DNA of 64,000 nucleotides from Burkholderiales bacterium. GTDB lineage: Bacteria > Pseudomonadota > Gammaproteobacteria > Burkholderiales > SG8-39. Below the pieces are notes generated by a model. That model was not told where the DNA came from, did no database searches, and saw only the letters and a list, made by a program, of their open reading frames with translations. Shown here one piece after another: positions 1-8,816 of the stretch. Location of the stretch: NCBI GenBank assembly GCA_035308765.1, contig DATGGA010000021.1, positions 41,894-105,893 on the forward strand, in the 5' to 3' direction. The number at the start of each line of letters is the position of its first letter. The stretch's first letter is position 1. Both the position numbers and the translations under genes were made by a program.

Positions 1-1363
1 TGCAGTCGGCAATCCAGTCCACGTGGTGTTCGATCGATACCATTACATTGGTGAACGCCGAGGTGCTGCCGGGCCCGGCGATATTGAACAGGTTTGGAAA
101 GCCGGCGATCGTCAGCCCCAGGTAATTCAGCGGGCCGGCGCCCCATTTCTGCCGGATGCTCGCGCCGCCGCGGCCGCGCAAGTCCAGCCGCGTCAGCGTC
201 CCGGTCATCGCGTCGAACCCGGTTGCGAGCACCAGCGCATCAAAAGCATAGTCGCGCCCGTTCATCTTCAGGCCGGTGGGCGTGATCTCGTCGATCGGGT
301 GTTCGCTGACATCGACCAGTTGCACGTTGGGACGGTTGTAGGTTTCGTAGTAGCCGGTGTCGATGCACAAGCGCTTGCAGCCGATGGTCTGCTTCGGCGA
401 CAGCAGGCGCGCGGTCCCCGGATCGCGCACGATCGAGCGGATCTTGCCGCGGACGAATTCGGCGGCCAGCGCGTTGGACCGTTCGTTGACCATGAGGTCG
501 TGGAAGGCGCCGAGAAAACCGAAGCCGCCGATCCGCCAACGTTCCTCGAACGCCGCCTCCCGTTCCTTCTCTCCGACCGCCTCCGCCGACACGGGATTGG
601 GGGGCAGCTCCGAGCCGAAGCCGGCGTGCATGCGCCTGTTGCGCGCGCGAAAGCCGGCATAGTCGGCCTTGATCCGTGCCTCGAACGCCGGATCGAGCGG
701 CCCGTTGTGGGCCGGGACCGCATAGGCCGCCGTGCGCTGGAACACGGTGAGCTCGCTGGCCTGCCGCGCGATCACCGGAATCGACTGCACCGCAGAGGAG
801 CCTGTGCCGACGATCCCGACCCGTTTGCCCGTGAAATTCACTGCTTCGCGCGGCCATCTGGCTGTGTGATACACCGGGCCGCCAAACGTCTCCAACCCCT
901 TGAACGCGGGCATGTTCGGCGTCGACAGCGGGCCACTCGCCATCACCAGGAACCGCGCCGACCACGATTCGCCGCTGTCGGCGCTGATCCGCCAGCGCCG
1001 CGCGTCCTCGTCGAACGCGGCACCGGTGACGCGGGTGTTCAGCTGGATGCCGTCGCGCAGCCCGAACCGGTCCGCCACGTGGTTCGCGTACCGCAGCAGT
1101 TCCGGTTGTGCGGCGTAGCGCTCGGTCCAGTGCCATTCCTGCTGCAGGGCCTCGGAGAACTGGAACGAATACTCCATGCTCTGGATGTCGACCCGCGCGC
1201 CCGGATAGCGGTTGAAATACCAGGTGCCGCCCACGCTGTCGGCAGTTTCTATGACGCGGGCCGCCAGGCCCATGCGCCGGGCGCTGAACAGCATGTACAG
1301 GCCGGCAAAACCGGCGCCGACGATCAGCACGTCCAGCGCCTGCGCCGGCTTGGGAGCGGTCAT
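1..1363 (-). CDS. Baeyer-Villiger/class-B flavoprotein monooxygenase (3' end beyond window edge)
   Basis: Own translation from ATG 1363-1361: MTAPKPAQALDVLIVGAGFAGLY (FAD GxGxxG), FGGPVYHTARWP (BVMO fingerprint FxGxxxHxxxWP), GKRVGIVGTGSSAVQ (NADPH fold). Not in the ORF track because no stop lies inside the window. Confidence 0.8.
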   Translation of the reverse strand, partial: MTAPKPAQALDVLIVGAGFAGLYMLFSARRMGLAARVIETADSVGGTWYFNRYPGARVDIQSMEYSFQFSEALQQEWHWTERYAAQPELLRYANHVADRFGLRDGIQLNTRVTGAAFDEDARRWRISADSGESWSARFLVMASGPLSTPNMPAFKGLETFGGPVYHTARWPREAVNFTGKRVGIVGTGSSAVQSIPVIARQASELTVFQRTAAYAVPAHNGPLDPAFEARIKADYAGFRARNRRMHAGFGSELPPNPVSAEAVGEKEREAAFEERWRIGGFGFLGAFHDLMVNERSNALAAEFVRGKIRSIVRDPGTARLLSPKQTIGCKRLCIDTGYYETYNRPNVQLVDVSEHPIDEITPTGLKMNGRDYAFDALVLATGFDAMTGTLTRLDLRGRGGASIRQKWGAGPLNYLGLTIAGFPNLFNIAGPGSTSAFTNVMVSIEHHVDWIADC

Positions 1364-1366
1364 CCC

Positions 1367-2716
1367 CTAGCGCATGCCGGGCAGCATGCCTTTCATGTTG
1401 CGCATCATGCGTTGAAGGTTGCCGCCCTTCATCATTTTCATCATCTGCTGCATCTGTTCGAACTGTTTGAGCAGGCGGTTCACTTCCTGCACTTGCACGC
1501 CGGCACCGGCGGCGATGCGGCGCTTGCGTGTGGCCTTGATGATTTCGGGGCTGGCGCGCTCCTTCTTCGTCATCGAGTTGATGATCCCCTCGATGCGCGC
1601 GAGCTGCCTGCCGTCCTGCAGCTGGGCCGGGTTGACCTGTGCCGCGATCTGAGCAGGCAGCTTGTCCATCATCGAGGCGATGCCGCCCATCTTGTTCATC
1701 TGCTGCAGCTGCTGCTTGAAGTCCTCGAGGTCGAAGCCCTTGCCCCTGCGCACCTTGTCGGCCAGCTTCTGCGCCTGCTCGACGTCGACCTGCTTGTGGG
1801 CTTCCTCGACCAGCGAAACGATGTCGCCCATGCCGAGGATGCGCGAGGCCATGCGCTCGGGATGGAAGGGCTCCAGGCCGGCGAGCTTCTCCCCGGTGCC
1901 TGCGAACTTGATCGGCTTGCCGGTGACGTGGCGCACCGACAGCGCGGCGCCGCCGCGCGAGTCGCCGTCCAGTTTCGTGAGCACGACGCCGGTGAGCGGC
2001 AGGCGCTCGCTGAACGCGCGCGCGACGTTGACCGCGTCCTGGCCCTGCATCGCGTCCACCACGAACAGCGTTTCCGCCGGATGCAGCTCCGCGTGCAACG
2101 CCGCGATCTCCTGCATCATCGGCTCGTCGATCGCAAGGCGCCCCGCGGTATCGACGATCACTACGTCGCAGTACTGAGTGCGGGCATGCTCGAGGGCTTT
2201 TCTTGCAATCGCATCCGGTTTTTCATTCGCATGAGATTCAAAAAATTCCACTCCCGCCTGCGCGGCCACGCTTTTCAGCTGCTCGATCGCGGCCGGACGA
2301 TAGATGTCGCAGGAAACCACCAGCACTTTTTTCTTCTGCTCCCGGAGAAGCAATCCGAGCTTGCCGACGGTGGTGGTTTTACCGGAACCCTGAAGGCCCG
2401 CCATCAGGATCACGGCGGGCGGTGCCACCGCGAGCTCGAGCCCCGCATTCGCCTCGCCCATCAGCTGCGTGAGCTCGCGGTGCACGACGCCGATCAGCGC
2501 CTGCCCGGGGCTCAGGCTGCCGATCACTTCCTGGCCGAGCGCCTTCGCGCGCACCGCGTCGATGAAGTGCTTCACTACCGGCAGCGCGACGTCGGCCTCG
2601 AGCAGCGCGACGCGCACTTCGCGCAGCGCGTCCTGGACGTTGGCTTCGGTAAGGCGCGCTTCGCCGCGGATCGTCTTGACGATCTTCGCGAGGCGCGTGG
2701 TCAGGTTATCGAGCAT
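1367..2716 (-). CDS. ffh: Signal recognition particle protein Ffh
   Basis: 449 aa. P-loop GLQGSGKTTT, DTAGR and TKLDGDSRGG GTPase motifs. Met-rich M domain (QMQQMMKMMKGG). Confidence 0.97.
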   Translation of the reverse strand: MLDNLTTRLAKIVKTIRGEARLTEANVQDALREVRVALLEADVALPVVKHFIDAVRAKALGQEVIGSLSPGQALIGVVHRELTQLMGEANAGLELAVAPPAVILMAGLQGSGKTTTVGKLGLLLREQKKKVLVVSCDIYRPAAIEQLKSVAAQAGVEFFESHANEKPDAIARKALEHARTQYCDVVIVDTAGRLAIDEPMMQEIAALHAELHPAETLFVVDAMQGQDAVNVARAFSERLPLTGVVLTKLDGDSRGGAALSVRHVTGKPIKFAGTGEKLAGLEPFHPERMASRILGMGDIVSLVEEAHKQVDVEQAQKLADKVRRGKGFDLEDFKQQLQQMNKMGGIASMMDKLPAQIAAQVNPAQLQDGRQLARIEGIINSMTKKERASPEIIKATRKRRIAAGAGVQVQEVNRLLKQFEQMQQMMKMMKGGNLQRMMRNMKGMLPGMR

Positions 2717-2735
2717 GGGGTGTTAAACTCAAAGC

Positions 2736-3617
2736 GTGCCCGACATTGTAATTCACGTCGTCGCGTGCGCCCTGTACGCCGGTCTCGCGCTGCACTTCTG
2801 GCAAACGCGCTGGCGCGTTCAACCCTGGCGCTGGCGGGTGCGGCCGGCTCGCACCGCTCCCGCCGCATCCGGGCTTCAGGGCTGGGAACGCTCCGCGATT
2901 CTCGTGCCGCTAGCGCTGCACGGCCTGCTGCTCTACGGCATCCTGGTCGCGCCGGATTCGCCCCGCTTCGGATTTGCCTTTGCTCTTTCGGCGACGCTGT
3001 GGATGGTCGTATTCATCTACTGGTGGGAGAGTTTCTTCGTCAACCTCGAAGGGATTCTGCCCGTCGCGCTGGGACTGGCGGCGCCGTGCTCGCTGCTGAC
3101 GATATGGTTTCCGGGCCTGGTGCGGTCCGCCACCCCGTTCGAATTCAGGCTGCACCTGCTGCTTTCCATCTTCGCCACCGGGGTACTCACCGTCGCGCTG
3201 CTGCACGCGCTCCTGATGGCCCTGGTGGACCGGTTGCTGCACAACGCGCGCAACCGGCCGGGATCGCCCGCAAGCGGCGGCCTGCTCGCCGGCCCCCTCG
3301 CAGGATTGCCGCCGCTGCTGACGCTGGAGCGGCTGCTGTTCAGGCTAATCGGGATCGCGTTCGCATTGCTGACGCTGACGCTGGCCACGGGCCTAGCGCT
3401 CTCGGACACGCTGTTCGGGCGCGCGCTCAGGTTCAATCACGAGACGGTTTTCGCGGTGGTCGCCTGGGTGGTGTTCGCCATCCTGCTCGCCGGACGGCAT
3501 TTTTACGGCTGGCGGGGCCGCACCGCGCTGCGCTGGACGCTGGCCGGGTTCATGCTCGTGATACTCGCCAACATCGGCAGCACTTTCGTGCTCGAAGTCG
3601 TACTGCGCCGCGGCTGA
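2736..3617 (+). CDS. ypjD: CcsA/YpjD-like cytochrome c assembly family inner-membrane protein
   Basis: 293 aa polytopic membrane protein, divergent from ffh as in the E. coli ffh/ypjD/yfjD arrangement. GTG start only 19 nt from the ffh start, so the exact start is uncertain. Confidence 0.75.
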   Translation: MPDIVIHVVACALYAGLALHFWQTRWRVQPWRWRVRPARTAPAASGLQGWERSAILVPLALHGLLLYGILVAPDSPRFGFAFALSATLWMVVFIYWWESFFVNLEGILPVALGLAAPCSLLTIWFPGLVRSATPFEFRLHLLLSIFATGVLTVALLHALLMALVDRLLHNARNRPGSPASGGLLAGPLAGLPPLLTLERLLFRLIGIAFALLTLTLATGLALSDTLFGRALRFNHETVFAVVAWVVFAILLAGRHFYGWRGRTALRWTLAGFMLVILANIGSTFVLEVVLRRG

Positions 3618-3623
3618 CCGCAC

Positions 3624-4913
3624 TTGGAAGCCATTCCGCTCGGATGGGAAATCGCGGCGCTGGGCGTCGCGCTGGTGGCCTCGGCGTTCTTCTCGATATC
3701 CGAGACCGCCATGATGGCGATCAACCGCTACCGGCTCAGGCACCTGGTGACGCAGGGCCACGGCGGCGCGCGCCGCGCGGCGGACCTCCTCAAGCGCACC
3801 GACAGGCTGCTCGGCGGCATCCTGATCGGCAACACCCTGTCCATCACCGCGGCGACCACGGCGGCGGGCGTGATTGCGGTGCGCTTCCTGGGCGAGGACA
3901 AGATCACCTACGCCCTCAGCACCGTGGTCATCTCCTTCGTCATCATCGTCTTCTGCGAAATCACGCCCAAGGTGATCGGCGCCACCTATCCCGAACGCTG
4001 CGCGCTGCTGCTCGCCTATGCGCTCAAGCCGACCATGCGCCTGCTCGAGCCCGTGTCCTGGTTCGTCAACCTCTTCGTCGGGCCGCTGCTCTGGATGCTG
4101 CGCATCAGGTCGGAGGAAAACGCGCAGGTGCCGAAGCTCTCGCCGGAGGAAATCCGCACGCTGGTGTTCGAGTCTTCGAGCTTCATGCCGAAAAAGCACC
4201 TGTCGATCCTGATGAACCTGTTCGACGTCGGCGAGATCACGGTGCACGACGTGATGGTGCCGCGCGCCAAGATCGAGGCGATCCGGCTGGACGACGACAT
4301 GGAAACCATCGCGCGCCAGCTCACCACCAGCTACCACCGGGAGGTGCCGGTGTTCCGCGGCAGCGCCGACGAGGTCGCGGGCGTGCTGAACCTGCGCAAG
4401 GTGCTCGGGCTGCTGTTCGCCGGCGCGCTGGACCGAAAGGCCATCGAAGACCTGCTGGACGAACCCTACTTCGTGCCCGCGGGCACCACGGCGATCGCGC
4501 AGTTGCAGTATTTCCAGGAAAAACGCGAACGCATCGGCCTCGTGGTGGACGAGTACGGCGAGCTGATGGGGCTGGTCACGCTCGAGGGCATCATGGAGGA
4601 AATCATCGGCAAATTCACCACCTCGCTGCCCTCGACGCGGCCGGCGCTTTCCTGGGACGAGGACGGCACTGCGGCCGCGGACGGAGCAACGCCGGTGCGC
4701 GAAGTGAACCGCGCCCTCGGCCTGGAGCTGCCCACCGACGGCCCGAAGACCCTGAATGGCCTGGTACTCGAGCAACTGCAGGACATCCCGGAGGCCAACG
4801 TCTCGCTCAAAATCGCCGGCGTGCCGGTCGAAATCGTCAGCGTCCTGGGCCGGGCGGTGAAAACGGTGCGTCTGTTCAAGCCCGCCGAGCCGCCCGGGGA
4901 GAATCGGGCGTGA
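3624..4913 (+). CDS. CNNM/CorC-HlyC family transporter (DUF21 + CBS pair + CorC_HlyC)
   Basis: 429 aa. N-terminal TM domain with FFSISETAMMAINRYRL, central CBS region, C-terminal CorC_HlyC-like domain. Synteny with ypjD (YfjD-like). Confidence 0.85.
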   Translation: MEAIPLGWEIAALGVALVASAFFSISETAMMAINRYRLRHLVTQGHGGARRAADLLKRTDRLLGGILIGNTLSITAATTAAGVIAVRFLGEDKITYALSTVVISFVIIVFCEITPKVIGATYPERCALLLAYALKPTMRLLEPVSWFVNLFVGPLLWMLRIRSEENAQVPKLSPEEIRTLVFESSSFMPKKHLSILMNLFDVGEITVHDVMVPRAKIEAIRLDDDMETIARQLTTSYHREVPVFRGSADEVAGVLNLRKVLGLLFAGALDRKAIEDLLDEPYFVPAGTTAIAQLQYFQEKRERIGLVVDEYGELMGLVTLEGIMEEIIGKFTTSLPSTRPALSWDEDGTAAADGATPVREVNRALGLELPTDGPKTLNGLVLEQLQDIPEANVSLKIAGVPVEIVSVLGRAVKTVRLFKPAEPPGENRA

Positions 4914-4947
4914 AACCACCGCTGCTTAACGTGACTTTTCTCTCCAG

Positions 4948-4977
4948 TTGGTCAAGTCTTTGACTCGGCGCTAGAAT
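4948..4977 (+). promoter_or_regulatory. Candidate sigma70 promoter for pilC-pilD
   Basis: TTGGTC (4948-4953), 18-nt spacer, TAGAAT (4972-4977), 35 nt upstream of the pilC ATG. Sequence inspection only. Confidence 0.3.
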
Positions 4978-5012
4978 CTTTCTTTACCCCGACTTTTGGC
5001 AGGGAGCAGGTT

Positions 5013-6236
5013 ATGGCGACTGCAGCGGCGGCAAAGGCCGGACCCAAGGAAATCACCTTCGTCTGGGAGGGCAAGGACAAGACCGGCAAAAGCGCGCGCG
5101 GCGAAATACGCGCCGCGGGCGAGAACATGGCCAATGCCGCCCTGCGCCGCCAGGGCGTCACCGTATCCAAGATCAAGAAGCAAAAGCGCGGCGGCGGCGG
5201 ATCCGTCACCGAAAAGGACGTCGCGCTGTTCACGCGCCAGATGGCGACCATGATGAAAGCCGGCGTACCCCTGCTGCAGGCCTTCGACATCGTCAGCAAG
5301 GGCTCGTCCAACCCCGCGGTCACGCGGCTGCTGATCGACATCAAGACCGAGGTTGAGACCGGCTCGTCCCTCGCACAGGCGTTCCGCAAGTACCCGCTGT
5401 ATTTCGACGCGCTGTACTGCAACCTGGTGGGCGCGGGCGAGGCCGCCGGCATTCTGGAATCGCTGCTCGACCGGCTGGCGATCTACAAGGAAAAGACGCT
5501 CGCCATCAAATCGAAGATCAAGTCGGCGCTGTTCTACCCGGTGTCGATCATCGTGGTCGCGGTGGTGATCACCGCGGTGATCATGATTTTCGTGATCCCG
5601 GCTTTCAAAAGCGTGTTCTCGAGCTTCGGCGCCGACCTGCCGACGCCGACCCTCGTCGTCATGGGCATCTCGGACTGGGTCGTCGCCAACTGGTACATCC
5701 TGTTCCCCGCCATGGGCGGCGCCGTATATGGCTTCCTCGAAGCATGGAAACGCTCGCTCGCGGTGCAGATCTTCATGGACCGCATCAGCCTGAAAATGCC
5801 GATTTTCGGTTCGCTGCTTAGAAAAGCCGCGATCGCGCGCTGGACCCGGACACTCTCCACGATGTTCGCCGCCGGCGTGCCGCTGGTGGAAGCGCTCGAT
5901 TCGGTGGGCGGCGCCTCGGGCAACTACGTGTACGCGCAAGCGACGCTGCAGATCAAGCAGGAGGTCTCGACCGGCACCGCGCTCACCGCCGCGATGCAGA
6001 ACGCGAACGTGTTCCCGCCGATGGTGCTGCAGATGTGCATGATCGGCGAGGAAACCGGCGCTCTGGATGCGATGCTCGGCAAGGTCGCGGACTTCTTCGA
6101 AGCCGAGGTGGACGATGCGGTCGAAGCGCTGTCGTCCCTGATGGAGCCGATCATCATGGTCGTGCTGGGCACGCTCATCGGTGGCATGGTAGTGGCCATG
6201 TACCTGCCGATCTTCAAGCTCGGCGGCGCAGTCTAG
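5013..6236 (+). CDS. pilC: Type IV pilus assembly platform protein PilC (GspF family)
   Basis: 407 aa. Duplicated GspF/T2SF domains. Typical C-terminus ...MYLPIFKLGGAV. Followed by pilD. Confidence 0.93.
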   Translation: MATAAAAKAGPKEITFVWEGKDKTGKSARGEIRAAGENMANAALRRQGVTVSKIKKQKRGGGGSVTEKDVALFTRQMATMMKAGVPLLQAFDIVSKGSSNPAVTRLLIDIKTEVETGSSLAQAFRKYPLYFDALYCNLVGAGEAAGILESLLDRLAIYKEKTLAIKSKIKSALFYPVSIIVVAVVITAVIMIFVIPAFKSVFSSFGADLPTPTLVVMGISDWVVANWYILFPAMGGAVYGFLEAWKRSLAVQIFMDRISLKMPIFGSLLRKAAIARWTRTLSTMFAAGVPLVEALDSVGGASGNYVYAQATLQIKQEVSTGTALTAAMQNANVFPPMVLQMCMIGEETGALDAMLGKVADFFEAEVDDAVEALSSLMEPIIMVVLGTLIGGMVVAMYLPIFKLGGAV

Positions 6237-6245
6237 GAACGGCTC

Positions 6246-7151
6246 ATGGTTGATCTGGGCTGGTTTACCCAGCCTGCCGTTTTCCCCTGGGTCGCCCTGG
6301 GTGTCGGGCTTTGCGTCGGCTCGTTCCTCAACGTGGTGATCCATCGCCTGCCTCTCATGATGGAGCACGCCTGGCGCGCCGACTGCGCCGAGCTTATGGC
6401 AGGGGAAACGCAAGGCGTTGCGGCAGGAGAAACGCAAAGCGTTTCTGGGCAGGAGCCACCAAAGGAAGAACCCTACAACCTGGTCGTGCCGGGTTCGCGT
6501 TGCCCCGGCTGCGGCCGCGGCATCAAGGCGATCGAGAACGTGCCGGTCGCGAGCTGGCTCGCGCTGCGCGGCAAGTGCTCCGGTTGCGGCTGGAAGATCA
6601 GCGCGCGCTACCCGCTGGTCGAGCTGCTCGGCGGCCTGGGCGCCGCCTGGTCGGCCTGGCATTTCGGCTTTGGCGCCGCGGCGTTTGGAGGCATGCTCTT
6701 CATCTGGTGCACGATCGCGCTCGCCTTCATTGACCACGCCACCGGCTATCTTCCGGACGACATCACCCTGCCGCTGCTGTGGGCCGGTCTGCTGCTGAAC
6801 GCATCCGGCACCTTCGTGCCCCTGTTCGACGCTGTAATCGGCGCCACGGCCGGCTATCTTGCGCTGTGGGCCGTTTACTGGGGATTCCGGCTGCTCACAG
6901 GCAGGGAGGGCATGGGCTACGGAGACTTCAAGATGAGCGCGGCGATCGGCGCTTTCTTCGGTTGGAAGATGCTGCCGCTCGTGATCCTCGTTTCTTCCAT
7001 TGTCGGCCTGGCCTTCGGCGGCGCGCAGATGATCGCCGCGCGGCGCGGCTGGGACGGCGCTTTCCGTTTCCATTTCGGTCCCTACCTCGCCATAGCCGCT
7101 ATCGTCGCCATGTTCTGGGGCGTGCCAATCATGCGCTGGTACCTGACGTGA
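6246..7151 (+). CDS. pilD: Prepilin peptidase / N-methyltransferase PilD (A24 family)
   Basis: 301 aa. Zinc motif CPGCG...CSGCG. Catalytic Asp context GMGYGDFKM. Polytopic membrane protein. Confidence 0.93.
   Translation: MVDLGWFTQPAVFPWVALGVGLCVGSFLNVVIHRLPLMMEHAWRADCAELMAGETQGVAAGETQSVSGQEPPKEEPYNLVVPGSRCPGCGRGIKAIENVPVASWLALRGKCSGCGWKISARYPLVELLGGLGAAWSAWHFGFGAAAFGGMLFIWCTIALAFIDHATGYLPDDITLPLLWAGLLLNASGTFVPLFDAVIGATAGYLALWAVYWGFRLLTGREGMGYGDFKMSAAIGAFFGWKMLPLVILVSSIVGLAFGGAQMIAARRGWDGAFRFHFGPYLAIAAIVAMFWGVPIMRWYLT
6399..6446 (+). repeat. 24-nt (8-codon) tandem duplication inside pilD
   Basis: GCAGGGGAAACGCAAGGCGTT / GCAGGAGAAACGCAAAGCGTT with 24-nt period, encoding AGETQGVA-AGETQSVS, plus a partial third unit (GQE...). 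Confidence 0.8.
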
Positions 7152-7161
7152 GCCCGGCGCA

Positions 7162-7764
7162 TTGAGCCTCGTCATCGGCCTCACCGGCGGCATCGGCAGC
7201 GGCAAGAGCGCTGCGGCCGACGAATTCGGCCGGCTGGGCGCCACGGTGGTGGACACCGACGCCATCGCCCATGAGCTGACCGGCCCCGGCGGCGCCGCGG
7301 TGCCCGAGGTGCGGCGGCTTTTCGGGCGCGCGTTCGTCGATGCGTCGGGGGCGATGGACCGCAAGCGCATGCGCGATCTGGTGTTCTCCGACGCCGAGGA
7401 AAAGGCCCGTCTGGAAGCGCTGCTGCATCCGCTGATCCGCGCCGAATCGGGCCGGCGCATTGCCGTCGCCACGGGTCCTTACGTAATACACATGGTGCCG
7501 CTTTTGATCGAATCCCCCGACTACCGCGCCCGGGTCGGGCGCGTGGTCGTCGTGGACTGTCCCGAGGCGCTCCAGGTAGCGCGGGTACGGCAACGCAGCG
7601 GCATGCCGGAGGGGGAAATCCGCCGCATCATAGCCACGCAGATACAGAGGGAAAAAAGGCTGGCGGCGGCAGACGATGTGATCGACAATTCGGGCTCTAT
7701 TGCGGCACTGCAACAACGGGTGCGCCAGCTGCACGAAAACTACCTGGCACGCACCCAAGCTTAG
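7162..7764 (+). CDS. coaE: Dephospho-CoA kinase
   Basis: 200 aa. P-loop GLTGGIGSGKS. TTG start. pilD-coaE-zapD-yacG synteny. Confidence 0.92.
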   Translation: MSLVIGLTGGIGSGKSAAADEFGRLGATVVDTDAIAHELTGPGGAAVPEVRRLFGRAFVDASGAMDRKRMRDLVFSDAEEKARLEALLHPLIRAESGRRIAVATGPYVIHMVPLLIESPDYRARVGRVVVVDCPEALQVARVRQRSGMPEGEIRRIIATQIQREKRLAAADDVIDNSGSIAALQQRVRQLHENYLARTQA

Positions 7765-7838
7765 AAGTCAATTTGTGTTGATCGCGTAAATCACTCAGAA
7801 TTCGAGCAATTTCGCCCCTCGGCGAGGCGCGTCTGGCC

Positions 7839-8597
7839 GTGATTACGTATGAGTACCCGCTCAACGAGCGCATCCGGACCTTGCTGCGCCTGGAGGATCT
7901 GTTCGAGCGTTCGCGCCATTTCATCGCGCGCACCGACCCGCTCGATCATCACGTCGCGCTGCTGACACTGTTCGAGATTCTCGAAGTCGCCGGGCGCGCC
8001 GATCTCAAGTCCGACCTGCTGCAGGAACTCGAGCGTCAGAAGCAGGTGCTGCTTTCCTTCCGCAACAACCCAGACATTTCCGAAGACGCGCTCTCGGGCG
8101 TGCTGCGCGACATCGAGCAGGCGGCGGCGGCGCTGTTCTCCATGACCGGCAGGATCGGCCAGTACCTGCGCGAGAACGAATGGCTGATGTCGATCAAGCA
8201 GCGCACCGGGATCCCGGGCGGCGCCTGCGAGTTCGACCTGCCCTCCTACCACTACTGGCTGCACCGGCCTGCCGAGGAGCGCATCGGGCAGCTTGCCGCC
8301 TGGACCAGCCCGCTGTACCCCTTGCGCGACGGCACGGCGATCATCCTCCGGATTCTGCGCGAGTCGGGCAAGCCGCAGAGCCTGTCGGCGCCGCTCGGCA
8401 CCTTCCAGCAGATGCTGGGCGGCAAGACGGCGCAGATGCTGCGCGTGCGCCTGGAGCCCGGATTGCCCTGCGTGCCCGAGATCAGCGCAAACAAGTACGT
8501 GCTCAACATCCGCTTCCTGGCCCAGAACGGCGAGGAAACGCGCGCCAAGACCGCCGACTGGGACGTCGGCTTCGAACTCACCTTCTGCAACCTGTGA
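7839..8597 (+). CDS. zapD: Cell division protein ZapD
   Basis: 252 aa. N-terminus [18 protein letters not shown] is typical of ZapD/YacF. GTG start. Confidence 0.9.
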   Translation: MITYEYPLNERIRTLLRLEDLFERSRHFIARTDPLDHHVALLTLFEILEVAGRADLKSDLLQELERQKQVLLSFRNNPDISEDALSGVLRDIEQAAAALFSMTGRIGQYLRENEWLMSIKQRTGIPGGACEFDLPSYHYWLHRPAEERIGQLAAWTSPLYPLRDGTAIILRILRESGKPQSLSAPLGTFQQMLGGKTAQMLRVRLEPGLPCVPEISANKYVLNIRFLAQNGEETRAKTADWDVGFELTFCNL

Positions 8598-8791
8598 AGC
8601 TCGTATCGTGCCCGCGCTGTGGCGCGCAGGCGCCGTATGCGCCCGAGAATCCCTGGCGCCCGTTCTGCAGCGAGCGCTGCAGGACCATCGACCTGGGCAA
8701 TTGGGCTTCCGAGGCCTACCGCGTGCCCGTGGCGCCCGAATCGCCGGATTCGCCCGACCTTGCGCCAGACGCCGAGCCGGGCGAGAAATGA
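8594..8791 (+). CDS. yacG: DNA gyrase inhibitor YacG (zinc ribbon)
   Basis: 65 aa from GTG 8594 (GTGA overlap with the zapD stop). CPRCG...[14 protein letters not shown]. It is the 3' part of the longer track ORF 8180..8791. Confidence 0.9.
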   Translation: MKLVSCPRCGAQAPYAPENPWRPFCSERCRTIDLGNWASEAYRVPVAPESPDSPDLAPDAEPGEK

Positions 8792-8816
8792 CCGCCGCAG
8801 CCCACGGGACACCAGG

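Noticed and set aside
23-4963. 1646-aa plus-strand ORF, the longest in the track
   Set aside because: Its Arg/Ala/Gly/Pro-rich low-complexity translation is typical of an off-frame or antisense reading of GC-rich DNA. The interval is fully explained by motif-supported genes: BVMO and ffh on the opposite strand, ypjD and the CorC transporter in other frames.
4971-7472. 833-aa minus-strand ORF antisense to pilC, pilD and coaE
   Set aside because: No recognisable domain, and an extreme Arg/Ala/Gly composition. The sense strand encodes three well-supported genes.
7765-7838. Possible hairpin/terminator (CGCCCCTCGGCGAGGCG) between coaE and zapD
   Set aside because: Imperfect short stem with almost no loop and no U-run. 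The genes are syntenic and probably co-transcribed.
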